Below are positions 40,638-50,304 of a stretch of DNA of 64,000 nt, piece by piece (position 1 is the first letter of the stretch; every line of letters starts with the position of its first letter). Under the pieces are notes generated by a model. It saw only the letters and a program-made list of their open reading frames with translations. It was not told the origin of the DNA and ran no database searches. Source of the DNA: Candidatus Planktophila sp. GTDB taxonomy: Bacteria > Actinomycetota > Actinomycetes > Nanopelagicales > Nanopelagicaceae. The position numbers and the translations under genes were made by a program. Location of the stretch: the NCBI GenBank assembly GCA_009694515.1, contig SHUV01000003.1:624-64623 (forward strand), read 5' to 3'.

Positions 40638-41312
40638 GTGAATTTCGCATCCATCGTCAAAAGTCTGCGCCCCTATAAAACTGTCCCCATTACTCCATGG
40701 ACCGCGCAAGGACTTTGGGACCTTACTCCACTTCGAACAGCGATTCTTTTCTTTGGTTTAGCTATCTTTGGTCTAGGTGATTCATTACTCATTCAGGCTG
40801 GAATTGGAAATGCGCCGTGGACTGTATTTGCCCAAGGACTCACGCTGAAAACAGGACTGAGTATCGGATGGGCAACTTTCATTATTAGCGTGTGCGTGAT
40901 GCTGCTTTGGATTCCACTCAATGAACGAGTTGGATTTGGAACGATTTCGAATATCGTGACTATTGCAGTATTTATTCAAATCGGAACGATGATCTTCCCG
41001 AAACAAAATAATTTCGCGACCGGGATAATCTTTGATCTCATTGGAATCGCTCTGGTCGGATTGGGATCTGCCCTCTACATCACCTGTGGCCTGGGACGTG
41101 GTCCTCGAGATGGCGCCATGACCGGTATCCACTACAAAACTGGGGTCCGTGTGGGACGCGTACGAATGGGCATTGAGGTCACAGTTTTGATTATTGGCTG
41201 GTTCCTCGGAGGCACTGTCGGGCTCGGGACCGCCCTATTTGCCCTCTTTATAGGGCAATCTGTCGCCATTTTTCTAGGTCTTGTTGCGCGTTTAACCCAC
41301 AAGTACGTCTAA
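40638..41312 (+). CDS. YczE/YyaS/YitT family membrane protein
   Basis: AGIGNAPWTVFAQG, GFGTISN, LGRGPRDGAMTG, GGTVGLGT. Confidence 0.87.
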   Translation: MNFASIVKSLRPYKTVPITPWTAQGLWDLTPLRTAILFFGLAIFGLGDSLLIQAGIGNAPWTVFAQGLTLKTGLSIGWATFIISVCVMLLWIPLNERVGFGTISNIVTIAVFIQIGTMIFPKQNNFATGIIFDLIGIALVGLGSALYITCGLGRGPRDGAMTGIHYKTGVRVGRVRMGIEVTVLIIGWFLGGTVGLGTALFALFIGQSVAIFLGLVARLTHKYV

Positions 41313-41337
41313 GTACCTACTAGCGTTTAGGCATCCC

Positions 41338-41384
41338 CCTCGGTCTGTGAGCCGCCATTTCACACGAGGTCGCAAACACCCTCG
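41338..41384 (+). promoter_or_regulatory. Structured 5' leader candidate of the NCS2 permease
   Basis: CCTCG-GTC-TGTGA-N9-TCACA-CGAGG hairpin, with a second downstream CCTCG able to pair with CGAGG instead. Confidence 0.4.
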
Positions 41385-41408
41385 ATAAAAAATTAGAAAG
41401 GTCCATTT

Positions 41409-42899
41409 ATGTTGGATTCCTATTTTAAGATTAAAGAGCGTGGGTCATCGGTAGCCCAAGAGGTTAGAGGTGGGCTAGTTACCTTCTTTACAATGGCATA
41501 TATCGTCGCGCTCAACCCGTTGATCCTTGCCACAACTGATGGTGCTGGAGAATTCATCGGCGGTGGAGATAGAACTAACGCGATCATTATTGTCGCCGCT
41601 GGAACTGCACTTATCGCCGGAATTTTAACCATCCTCATGGGTGCTGTGGCGAATTTTCCACTGGCACTTGCCACCGGTCTTGGCTTAAACACCTTTGTGG
41701 CTGTTTCAATCGCCAAGAACGCTACCTGGGCGCAAGCCATGGGCTTAGTTCTCATTGAGGGTATTCTCATTCTCATTCTGGTTCTGACCGGATTTAGAAT
41801 CGCGGTCTTTAAGGCAATTCCAACGGCGCTTAAGGTTGCTATCTCGGTGGGTATCGGATTGTTTATCGCCCTCATTGGCTTAGTTGATGCCGGATTCGTG
41901 CGACGTACTCCAAATGTGGTGTGGGGAAGCTCGAACTCAAAACCCTCTGCCGTTCCACTAGAACTTGGTGATGGCGGAACACTTGTAGGTTGGCCGATAG
42001 TCATCTTTGCTTTCGGTCTTTTCCTCACCATCATTTTGATGATCAAGAAAATCAAGGGATCGATTCTCATTGGAATCATTTCTTCAACAGTGCTTGCGCT
42101 CATAGTCGAAACACAATTTAAGGTTGGAAATAGCTTCGTCAGTCCTACTGAGTCAAACTCACGAGGCTGGGGGTTAAATACTCCTGCGCTACCAAAAGAT
42201 GCTTCAGGCTCTCTGAACCTTACAGATACTCCACGTTTTGACTCCCTAGGCTTGGGCTTCGATGACATCTTTGGAGCGTTCACCAATCCGAAGACTGGTG
42301 CTTTGGCAGCATGCCTACTTGTCTTCACATTATTACTGGCGGACTTCTTCGACACCATGGGAACGATGACTGCTATTGGAAACCAAGCGGGCTTGGTCGA
42401 TAAGAGCGGTAATGTTGAAGGCGCGAATCGCATTCTCATTGTTGACTCAATAGCGGCAGCCACCGGTGGAGCCGCTGGTATTTCATCTAACACCAGTTAC
42501 ATTGAATCTGCATCTGGCGTGGGTGAAGGTGCCAGAACTGGCCTTTCCTCGATCGTGACTGGAATTGCGTTCTTGTTGACAACATTCCTAGCACCTCTTG
42601 TCGCAATTATTCCTTACGAGGCTGCAACACCTGCCTTAATCATTGTTGGATTCCTCATGATGGGGCAAGTAAAGAACATTGAGTGGGATGATCTAGGAAT
42701 AGGCATTCCAGCCTTCCTGACCATCATCTTGATGCCATTTAGTTATAACATCTCAGTAGGTATCGGCGCTGGATTCGTTACCCACGTTGTTATTCGCATA
42801 GTTCAGGGACGTCGTAAGGAAGTTCATCCTTTGTTACTTCTTGTCTCTGGTCTCTTCATGATCTACTTCTTATCATCTCCAATTAATGCCTGGATTTAA
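41409..42899 (+). CDS. NCS2/AzgA-family purine permease
   Basis: EVRGGLVTFFTMAYI, ALATGLGLN, DFFDTMGT, YIESASGVGEGARTGL, IPAFLTIILMPFSYNIS. Confidence 0.95.
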   Translation: MLDSYFKIKERGSSVAQEVRGGLVTFFTMAYIVALNPLILATTDGAGEFIGGGDRTNAIIIVAAGTALIAGILTILMGAVANFPLALATGLGLNTFVAVSIAKNATWAQAMGLVLIEGILILILVLTGFRIAVFKAIPTALKVAISVGIGLFIALIGLVDAGFVRRTPNVVWGSSNSKPSAVPLELGDGGTLVGWPIVIFAFGLFLTIILMIKKIKGSILIGIISSTVLALIVETQFKVGNSFVSPTESNSRGWGLNTPALPKDASGSLNLTDTPRFDSLGLGFDDIFGAFTNPKTGALAACLLVFTLLLADFFDTMGTMTAIGNQAGLVDKSGNVEGANRILIVDSIAAATGGAAGISSNTSYIESASGVGEGARTGLSSIVTGIAFLLTTFLAPLVAIIPYEAATPALIIVGFLMMGQVKNIEWDDLGIGIPAFLTIILMPFSYNISVGIGAGFVTHVVIRIVQGRRKEVHPLLLLVSGLFMIYFLSSPINAWI

Positions 42900-42913
42900 T
42901 AAGTAGATTTCCT

Positions 42914-42949
42914 AAATAGGGCTCGCATCCAAGGATGCGAGCCCTATTT
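42914..42949. terminator. Bidirectional intrinsic terminator
   Basis: Perfect inverted repeat AAATAGGGCTCGCATCC-AA-GGATGCGAGCCCTATTT between convergent NCS2 and ung genes. Confidence 0.85.
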
Positions 42950-42951
42950 CT

Positions 42952-43593
42952 TTACAGGGACCAATCGATCAGAGGGACTCCCCCGCGTTCTAGTTGCTGA
43001 TTGACTTTTGAAAAAGGTTTACTACCAAAGAAACCGCGATATGCACTTAGCGGACTTGGATGAACACTTTCGATGCTGTGAGTGAAAAGATGTGAAAGTT
43101 CCTGTGCGCTCTTTCCCCAGAGAACTCCAATGGCGCCCTGTGATGCAGCCGCTTGAGCTATCTGAGACGTTATCTCCTGCCAACCAATATGTGCGTGTGC
43201 ATTGCTTTGGCCAACTTTTGTTGTGAGCACCCGATTGAGAAGTAGAACACCTTGGCCACGCCATGGAGAGAGATCTCCATTTTCCGGAATTGCGACTCCA
43301 ACATCACTGATCAATTCAGCAAAAATGTTTCTCAGCGACGCCGGCAGCGGTTTCACCTCAGGGCTAACCGAGAAAGCCAACCCATGTGCATTGCCTGGTG
43401 TTGGATAAGGGTCCTGTCCGACAATGACACATTTGACGGAACTCAAATCCATTTCACAAGCAGCAAAGATTCGATCAATACCTGGTGCGATGTCATCGTT
43501 GGAGATTGATTGAAGAATCTTCTCAATCTGGGGAGCTAATGGGTCAAGAACGTCACTCCAGCTAGCGTGCACGGGCAAAAAAGCGCGACCCAT
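42952..43593 (-). CDS. ung: Uracil-DNA glycosylase, family 1
   Basis: IVGQDPYP, GLAFSV, SLRNIF, GVLLLNRVLT, HPSPLS. Start uncertain (43593 or GTG 43572). Confidence 0.95.
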   Translation of the reverse strand: MGRAFLPVHASWSDVLDPLAPQIEKILQSISNDDIAPGIDRIFAACEMDLSSVKCVIVGQDPYPTPGNAHGLAFSVSPEVKPLPASLRNIFAELISDVGVAIPENGDLSPWRGQGVLLLNRVLTTKVGQSNAHAHIGWQEITSQIAQAAASQGAIGVLWGKSAQELSHLFTHSIESVHPSPLSAYRGFFGSKPFSKVNQQLERGGVPLIDWSL

Positions 43594-44350
43594 CGTGACT
43601 GACTTCCATCGGTAAATCAAAGATATGAGACATATGTTCAGATGTAATCACTTCGCTAATTGGACCTGAGACGGCCGCTAACCCATCTTTGAGAATCAGC
43701 GCGTGTGTTGTGCCAGCTGGAATCTCTTCTATGTGATGAGTGACAAGAATTGATGCCGGCGCTAATGGGTCGGATGCGAAGACAGTGAATCTCTTTAAGA
43801 GATCCTCGCGCCCGCCTAGATCTAACCCAGAGGCTGGCTCATCTAAAAGAAGTAGCTCTGGGTCGGCCATCAGTGCCCGAGAAATTTGAACACGTTTGCG
43901 TTCACCCTCGCTCAACGTTCCATACTCACGATCAGCTAGCTCCCGGACTCCAAATGTTGTAAGAAGAGCTACGGCTCTAGATTCATCCCATAGGTCATAG
44001 GCCTCATTCCAACGGCCGAGAATTGCATACGCTGCAGTCAGTACTACGTCACGTACTTTTTCATCGTGCGGTATATCTTCTGAGATAAGAGCGCCACAAA
44101 TACCTATACGAGTACGAAGGTCCCAGACATCTACTCTTCCCAGCTGCTTATCCAGCAAAAAAACAGTTCCTGATGTGGGAAACATTCTTGTTGCCAATAT
44201 TTGCAAAAGAGTGGACTTGCCGGCGCCGTTTGGTCCAAGGACCACCCATCGCTCGCCCGGGGCTATTGCGAAATTCAACGGTCCCAAAATGTTCTTTTGG
44301 CCACGCCGGACAGAGACATCACGTAGCTCCAGAACGCTATTGGTACTCAT
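43562..44350 (-). CDS. ABC transporter ATP-binding protein (orphan, YlmA-like)
   Basis: GPNGAGKS, LSEGERKR, LLLDEP, VTHHIEEIP. Confidence 0.9.
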   Translation of the reverse strand: MSTNSVLELRDVSVRRGQKNILGPLNFAIAPGERWVVLGPNGAGKSTLLQILATRMFPTSGTVFLLDKQLGRVDVWDLRTRIGICGALISEDIPHDEKVRDVVLTAAYAILGRWNEAYDLWDESRAVALLTTFGVRELADREYGTLSEGERKRVQISRALMADPELLLLDEPASGLDLGGREDLLKRFTVFASDPLAPASILVTHHIEEIPAGTTHALILKDGLAAVSGPISEVITSEHMSHIFDLPMEVSHDGSRFFARAR

Positions 44351-44434
44351 AGGTGACAAAAGATATATCGTCAATCAATGAATCACTCGCAAATTGCGAA
44401 CGAAGTGAACGTGATTCGCGATAACCTCACCCAT

Positions 44435-45637
44435 ATGAGCGCCGAGAAGAGTCACTACACAGGGCTTATTCTCGTATCCGGAGTCGACTCCCCCGGAATC
44501 ACTCGAGCTCTCTTTGAGACCCTGGCACCCTTTGCCGTCACCATTTTGGATATCGAGCAGGTGGTAATACGTGAGCGTCTTATTCTCACCGCTCTGATTT
44601 CACTTAATCCCGATCATGCGCAGGCCATTGAAGCTGACCTCAATGAATGTGCCGAGAAATTATCCGTTGACATAGCAACTTCTTTCGGCGCCCAAGAGGG
44701 GGCCGCAATCGCGGCTAAGACAGGACTTGTTCATGTTGTGATTCTTACAACCGAGCTCCATCCGCGCTCTATTGCTGCAGTTGCTGCAGCAATATCTGCA
44801 CAAAGTGGAAATATTGAGCGGATTCATCGAACTGCTAGTTATCCGATTACTGCTATTGAATTAACGGTATCAGGAGCCGACACTGCAAAGTTGCGTGGGT
44901 CACTTGCTGCGGTATCGAATGAATTTTCAATAGATATCGCGGTCTCACCTGGTGGCTTGATGCGCTGGGCTAAGAAATTAGTTGTTTTAGATGTGGACTC
45001 AACTCTTATTCAACAAGAAGTGATTGAACTACTTGCAGCACATGCTGGCGTCGAGCCACAGGTGCGAGAGATAACCGAGCGCGCAATGCGCGGGGAACTT
45101 GATTTCAGGCAGAGTCTTGAAGCCAGAGTTGCACTACTTGCGGGACTTCCGGAGCAGGTCATTGGTGATGTGCGCGAGCAGATAGTTCTTACTCCTGGGG
45201 CACGAACATTGATTGAAACTCTACATAAACTTGGACATAACGTAGCCGTTGTCTCAGGTGGGTTTACCGCTGTCATTGAACCAATACTTAAAGATCTGGG
45301 TATCGCCCATTACCGAGCCAATACGCTAGAAGTCATCGATGGAAGGCTCACTGGCAAAGTCATCGGAGATGTCATAGATCGCGCTGCAAAAGCCGTTGCC
45401 CTCCGTGATTTTGCCAAGATTGTTGGGGTAGAACTTGAGCAGACAATAGCTATCGGTGATGGTGCCAATGATCTGGATATGATTGCAATCGCAGGTATGG
45501 GAATAGCATTTAATGCAAAGCCAGCTGTTAAAGCTGCTGCAGATAGCTCTGTGAGCGCCCCATACCTAGACTCAGTTCTCTATCTTCTTGGAATCTCGCG
45601 AGAAGATATTGAAGAGGCTGGCGCGAGCCGAAGGTAA
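44435..45637 (+). CDS. serB: Phosphoserine phosphatase with two ACT domains
   Basis: ACT motif SGVDSPGIT; HAD motifs DVDSTL, VSGGF, GDGANDLDM. Start placed at ATG 44435. Confidence 0.94.
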   Translation: MSAEKSHYTGLILVSGVDSPGITRALFETLAPFAVTILDIEQVVIRERLILTALISLNPDHAQAIEADLNECAEKLSVDIATSFGAQEGAAIAAKTGLVHVVILTTELHPRSIAAVAAAISAQSGNIERIHRTASYPITAIELTVSGADTAKLRGSLAAVSNEFSIDIAVSPGGLMRWAKKLVVLDVDSTLIQQEVIELLAAHAGVEPQVREITERAMRGELDFRQSLEARVALLAGLPEQVIGDVREQIVLTPGARTLIETLHKLGHNVAVVSGGFTAVIEPILKDLGIAHYRANTLEVIDGRLTGKVIGDVIDRAAKAVALRDFAKIVGVELEQTIAIGDGANDLDMIAIAGMGIAFNAKPAVKAAADSSVSAPYLDSVLYLLGISREDIEEAGASRR

Positions 45638-46483
45638 CTAGAGTCTGCAGGCGTGAATATCAGTAACGAGAATTCCGCGTGCACCCACTGCCCAAAGTTC
45701 ATCCATCAAGCGATTTGTATCTTTACGCAAAACCATAGCGCGCACAGCAACCCAATCAGGTTTCTGAAGCGGTGAAATTGTGGGCGATTCGAGACCAGGT
45801 GTGATTGCACAAGCCTGATCCACACTCTTCTTAGGAATGTCATAATCTAGAAGTACATATTGTCTTGCGGTAACAACTCCTTGCAAGCGACGAACAAGAA
45901 TCTCTAATTCGGCTGCTGCAGCCGGTGCTTTGCCTTTTATCAAGATAGCTTCCGAAACCAAAATTGGATCACCAAAGATAGCTAACCCGGCTTGGCGAAG
46001 AGTATTTCCAGTACTCACAACATCAGCTATCAGATCGGCAACTCCTAATCTGATGCTGCTTTCGACTGCGCCATCGAGGCGAACAACCTCTGCCTTAATC
46101 TTCAAATCTGTCAGGTGTTTCTGCACCAGCCCTGGATAGGCCGTTGCGACCCGCTTGCCGCTGATAGATGAAAGAGATAGTTTCTCTTGCGCAGGCCCGG
46201 CAAATCTAAAGGTTGATGCCCCGAAATCAAGCGGGAGAATTTCTTGCGCAGCTGCACCAGAATCAATGAGTAGATCTCGACCCGTGATTCCTGCTTCTAA
46301 CTCACCAGAGCCAACATAGATGGCAATGTCACGTGGACGAAGATAATAGAACTCAACCCCATTGGCAGGGTCTATCAGAACGAGATCGCGAGAGTCGGTA
46401 CGCTGGCGATATCCAGCTTCTTTGAGGATCTCAATCGAAGCATCAGCAAGTGAACCCTTATTTGGGACAGCTATTCGTAACAT
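45638..46483 (-). CDS. hisG: ATP phosphoribosyltransferase (long form)
   Basis: MLRIAVPNKGSL, LRPRDI, DGAVE, DVVSTGNTL, TPGLESPTISPL. Confidence 0.96.
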   Translation of the reverse strand: MLRIAVPNKGSLADASIEILKEAGYRQRTDSRDLVLIDPANGVEFYYLRPRDIAIYVGSGELEAGITGRDLLIDSGAAAQEILPLDFGASTFRFAGPAQEKLSLSSISGKRVATAYPGLVQKHLTDLKIKAEVVRLDGAVESSIRLGVADLIADVVSTGNTLRQAGLAIFGDPILVSEAILIKGKAPAAAAELEILVRRLQGVVTARQYVLLDYDIPKKSVDQACAITPGLESPTISPLQKPDWVAVRAMVLRKDTNRLMDELWAVGARGILVTDIHACRL

Positions 46484-46501
46484 GAAACTCCTTGTTTTCC
46501 C

Positions 46502-46765
46502 TTATAGGTACTTGTAAATATCAGAAGGTGTGAGCCCGCGAGCAAGCATCATCGTTTGCAGATGGTAAATCAGTTGGCTAATCTCTTCGGCTAGGGCCTC
46601 ATCGGACTCATGTTCAGCAGCCAGCCAAACTTCACCAGCCTCTTCCAGGATCTTCTTTCCAATTGAGTGCACTCCGGCATCTACGGCGGCGACAGTCGCC
46701 GAACCCTCGGCACGCTCAGCAAGCTTTTGCACCAACTCGATCCAGAGCGAATCAAATGATTTCAT
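46502..46765 (-). CDS. hisE: Phosphoribosyl-ATP pyrophosphatase
   Basis: [28 protein letters not shown]. Confidence 0.94.
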   Translation of the reverse strand: MKSFDSLWIELVQKLAERAEGSATVAAVDAGVHSIGKKILEEAGEVWLAAEHESDEALAEEISQLIYHLQTMMLARGLTPSDIYKYL

Positions 46766-46805
46766 AGCGCTACTTTACTAGAGAGATTACCCACAAGAGG
46801 CCGTA

Positions 46806-47465
46806 TTAGTGAAGTGAGGCTTGTGTGCGCAATTGCTCAACCATCATCGCCGGATCTTGCGCGCTAAAGACTGCGCTACCGGCTACAAATGTGTCGGCTC
46901 CCGCTGCTCGAGCTATCTCGATGGTGGAAAGTGAAATACCACCATCAACTTGCAGCCAGATAGCTCTGCTACCTATCAATTTTCTCGTTTCTTTGACCTT
47001 ATCCATCATATTTTCCATGAATTTTTGTCCACCAAAACCAGGCTCTACAGTCATGATCACCACCATGTCAATCAGATCGAAGTACTCCGAATAATTCTGG
47101 ATGGGAGTATTTGGTTTGAGGGCGATAGAAGCCCGAGCACCGTGGCTCCTGATCTCCTTCAAAGTATTGCGAATGTCGGCAGTGGCTTCCACATGAATAG
47201 TCACGCTGGCTGAACCAGCCTCGGCATATTGAACTGCTATCAAATCTACATCTGCAACCATTAAGTGTGAGTCAACTGGAATTGGGCAGTTCTTGATAAT
47301 CTCCGATGCTGTCTGAAAATCAAAGGTCATATTCGGAACAAAAACATTGTCCATGATGTCCAGATGAATCAAATCACTTGCTTGCGCTATCTTAGCAATC
47401 TCTGCGTCAAGATTAGCGAAATCCGCGTTGAGAATACTTGGTGTGATTCGAACTTCACTAGACAT
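46806..47465 (-). CDS. rpe: Ribulose-phosphate 3-epimerase
   Basis: PSILNADF, HLDIMDNVFVPN, MTVEPGFGGQ, VDGGI, VAGSAVF. Confidence 0.96.
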   Translation of the reverse strand: MSSEVRITPSILNADFANLDAEIAKIAQASDLIHLDIMDNVFVPNMTFDFQTASEIIKNCPIPVDSHLMVADVDLIAVQYAEAGSASVTIHVEATADIRNTLKEIRSHGARASIALKPNTPIQNYSEYFDLIDMVVIMTVEPGFGGQKFMENMMDKVKETRKLIGSRAIWLQVDGGISLSTIEIARAAGADTFVAGSAVFSAQDPAMMVEQLRTQASLH

Positions 47466-47474
47466 AGATGAAGT

Positions 47475-48839
47475 TTATCTCCTCTTGCGAAAGAGCGCTA
47501 AGAACATCGCATCCGTGCCGTGCTTGCTAGTCCACAGCGAAAGTGACTTATCACGCCTTGCACCAAGAAGATTGGCGGGTAAAAATTGTGCGATATCCAA
47601 TTGCTCTAGTTCGGGATGATCCTTAAGAATTCGAAGGACCTCCCCCGATGTCTCGGCGTAATGTGGACTACAGGTGGCGTAGCCAAATACTCCCCCAGGA
47701 TTAAGAACTGAGACCGCGGCATCAGATAACTCTCTTTGCAATACCAGCAAACCTCGGAGGTCTTGCACAGTTCTTCGCCAGCGAACCTCTGGTCTGCGGC
47801 GCAAGGCACCTAGACCTGTGCAAGGAACATCTGCCAATATCGCATCGTATCTATGTCCGAGTGATGCAATCTCTCTACCATCACCCACCTGCACCGAGAA
47901 TTTGCCAATAACATTCTTTACTAACTTGGCACGCGCCTCAGAAATTTCATTGGCAGTAAATTCCTGGCCATTTACATTCGCTAGATGAGCAAGTAGGGCC
48001 GCCTTTCCACCAGGACCGGCACATAAATCCAGAAGCGAGGCGGAATCCTTAGTTGCTAGTGAGAAGATATGTGCAACTAATTGCGATCCTTCATCTTGTA
48101 CTCCCGCCTTGCGATGTCTAATGACCTCTAGCGTCCCGGGAGCGCCATCGAATCGAGCACCGTAAGGTGAATACTCTGTAGCAACTGCTCCTAACTCAAC
48201 TAGTTCGGATTGTGTTGAATCCCCCGGCCAGGCGACCAGTGTGGGCATCGCTGGAATATTGTTTGCGGCAAGTTCTTCTTCGACCCGATCTAAATCTTTG
48301 AGTAGATCAAAGTAGGCCGAAACAATCCACTCTGGGTGCGAATACCGAATAGCAAGGCGCGCAATCGGATCGGTCATTAATGAAGTTGGTTCAAGCCATT
48401 GTTCTAAGGTTTGCGAGCTGACTTTGCGCAGTATTGCATTGACAAAAGAAGCCTTCGACTCGCCTATCACTTTACGGGCTAGCTCAACAGTTGCCGAAAC
48501 CGCAGCATGCGTAGCTACTCGCATCTCGAAAAGTTGGTGAACTCCCATCCTGCAGATATCTACAATTCCAGTGTCTACTTCTGATAATGGACGATCGGAT
48601 ACTTGCCGCAAGATGTAGTCATGGCGTCCTTGCATACGCAGTGTCCCATAGAGCAACTCAGTAACGAATCCCTTATCTCGAACCTCGAAATTCGACGCTG
48701 ATAGGGCTTGCGGCAAAAGCAAATTCGAGTATCCGCCATTGCGATTAACTTCTGTCAGTAAATCAAAGACCAAAACTCTGGGCGCATCGGGTTTGGGCGA
48801 TTTAAAGGTGTCTCTGCGCGGTTTAACCAAAGAGATCAC
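47475..48839 (-). CDS. rsmB: 16S rRNA m5C967 methyltransferase RsmB/Fmu
   Basis: NusB-like N-terminus, VQDEGSQL, DLCAGPGGKA, DVPCTGLG, YATCSP. Start approximate. Confidence 0.92.
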   Translation of the reverse strand: MISLVKPRRDTFKSPKPDAPRVLVFDLLTEVNRNGGYSNLLLPQALSASNFEVRDKGFVTELLYGTLRMQGRHDYILRQVSDRPLSEVDTGIVDICRMGVHQLFEMRVATHAAVSATVELARKVIGESKASFVNAILRKVSSQTLEQWLEPTSLMTDPIARLAIRYSHPEWIVSAYFDLLKDLDRVEEELAANNIPAMPTLVAWPGDSTQSELVELGAVATEYSPYGARFDGAPGTLEVIRHRKAGVQDEGSQLVAHIFSLATKDSASLLDLCAGPGGKAALLAHLANVNGQEFTANEISEARAKLVKNVIGKFSVQVGDGREIASLGHRYDAILADVPCTGLGALRRRPEVRWRRTVQDLRGLLVLQRELSDAAVSVLNPGGVFGYATCSPHYAETSGEVLRILKDHPELEQLDIAQFLPANLLGARRDKSLSLWTSKHGTDAMFLALFRKRR

Positions 48840-49728
48840 CGGCGACTAATCGTGCCCCGTTTGCCCACTGTGAGGAGGGCATCCTCGATTTACCGGACGG
48901 TGTGATGTGACCAACTTCTAAGGCAGATGTAGCGGTTCCCACATACAACTTTTTGTTCTCAAGAAGAAGAACACCGGGTTCTAACATAATCTCACTCGCA
49001 ATGGGAGTTTCAATTTTCAAGGTCGAATTTCGAAAATTGGTCCATGCACCAGGTTGAGAAGTGAAGGCACGGATTTTATTGGATATGGCATCTGCCGGTT
49101 GAGTCCAATCTATGCGCCCTTCTTCCTTGCTCAACTTAAGGGCTCGGGTAGCGCTGTGATTCTCTTGTGGCGTGGGCTTAACTCCGGACTCCATGAGTTC
49201 TAGCGTGTGAAGAAGTGCTTCCGCTCCCAATTCTGCCAACTCCACAAAGAGTTCATCACTGGTGATATCGGCATCTAGCGCGAATCGATTCTGGGTATAA
49301 ATGGGCCCAGTATCCATGCCATCATCTAATTTAAAGACAGTCACACCCGAGACTTTGTCTCCAACTTCAATGGCACGCTGCACAGGTGCTGCCCCACGCC
49401 ATCTTGGCAGTAACGAGAAATGCAGATTGAGCGAACCGTAACGAGGTAGCTCGAATACTCGTCTTGGCAATATGACACCGTATCCAATTGTGATCAGGAC
49501 ATCGATATTCGCTAGATAGGAATCAAAGCTGGCATCTCGCTCTGGTTTGTAAACTTCAATCCCATTCTCATTACCCCATCGTGAGACAGCTGCTTCACTT
49601 AGGCTTTGACCTCGACCAGATGGTCGATCAGGTGGCGTAATGACACAGTACAGTTCATGATCAGAGGCAAGAAGTGCGTCCAGTGATGGGATCGCTACTT
49701 CAGGTGTTGCTGCTACCGCGATGCGCAA
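48823..49728 (-). CDS. fmt: Methionyl-tRNA formyltransferase
   Basis: TPEVAIPSL, NLHFSLLPRWRGAAPVQ, MDTGPI. Confidence 0.95.
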   Translation of the reverse strand: MRIAVAATPEVAIPSLDALLASDHELYCVITPPDRPSGRGQSLSEAAVSRWGNENGIEVYKPERDASFDSYLANIDVLITIGYGVILPRRVFELPRYGSLNLHFSLLPRWRGAAPVQRAIEVGDKVSGVTVFKLDDGMDTGPIYTQNRFALDADITSDELFVELAELGAEALLHTLELMESGVKPTPQENHSATRALKLSKEEGRIDWTQPADAISNKIRAFTSQPGAWTNFRNSTLKIETPIASEIMLEPGVLLLENKKLYVGTATSALEVGHITPSGKSRMPSSQWANGARLVAGDLFG

Positions 49729-50304
49729 TTAAAGACTCAGTCCACGGTTATTTGAGCCGTAAAGGCTATGCGGAGATACCTTGATTGTGCGAGGGGCTCC
49801 CGATTGCCCAGCAAGTCCAAACCAATCGGATTCTCGAATCTCCTTCATCGCAAACTTGCGATCTTCATCTGAGAGCCGGTCAATAAAGAGAATTCCATTT
49901 AAATGATCTGTCTCATGCTGCAGGGCTCGAGCTAAGAGTTCTGTGCCTTCTATGGTGACAGGTTCACCATGCATCGTGAATCCCTTTGCTACTGCTCTAA
50001 AGGCACGCGGGGTGGGATATATAAGCTCCGGAAAACTTAAGCATCCCTCATCACCCTCCTGCATCTCTTCACTCAAATCTAGGGTTGGATTAATCAGGTG
50101 CCCGATAGCTTCATCAACATCCCAGACAAAGACTCGAAGTGGAACACCAATCTGCGGTGCAGCAAGGCCCGCACCCGGTGCATCAAGCATTGTTTCGGTG
50201 AGGTCTTTCACCAACGTTCGCAACTCTTTATCAAAGTCGATTACTTGAGGAGCCGGCGTAACGAGCACCGGATCTCCGAAGTGACGAATTTGCTTGATAG
50301 ACAT
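49729..50304 (-). CDS. def: Peptide deformylase
   Basis: GAGLAAPQIG, EGCLS, QHETDHLNG. Confidence 0.96.
   Translation of the reverse strand: MSIKQIRHFGDPVLVTPAPQVIDFDKELRTLVKDLTETMLDAPGAGLAAPQIGVPLRVFVWDVDEAIGHLINPTLDLSEEMQEGDEGCLSFPELIYPTPRAFRAVAKGFTMHGEPVTIEGTELLARALQHETDHLNGILFIDRLSDEDRKFAMKEIRESDWFGLAGQSGAPRTIKVSPHSLYGSNNRGLSL

Noticed and set aside
41346-41364. CRP/GlxR site TGTGA...TCACA
   Set aside because: The spacer is 9 nt, not the required 6.
41420-42493. 357-aa antisense ORF
   Set aside because: It is a shadow frame of the hydrophobic NCS2 gene with no recognisable motifs. The other short overlapping ORFs in the track were rejected on the same grounds.
38402-43600. Integrative element inserted at tRNA-Leu
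   Set aside because: No integrase and no duplicated tRNA 3' end seen downstream; the genes are housekeeping in character.
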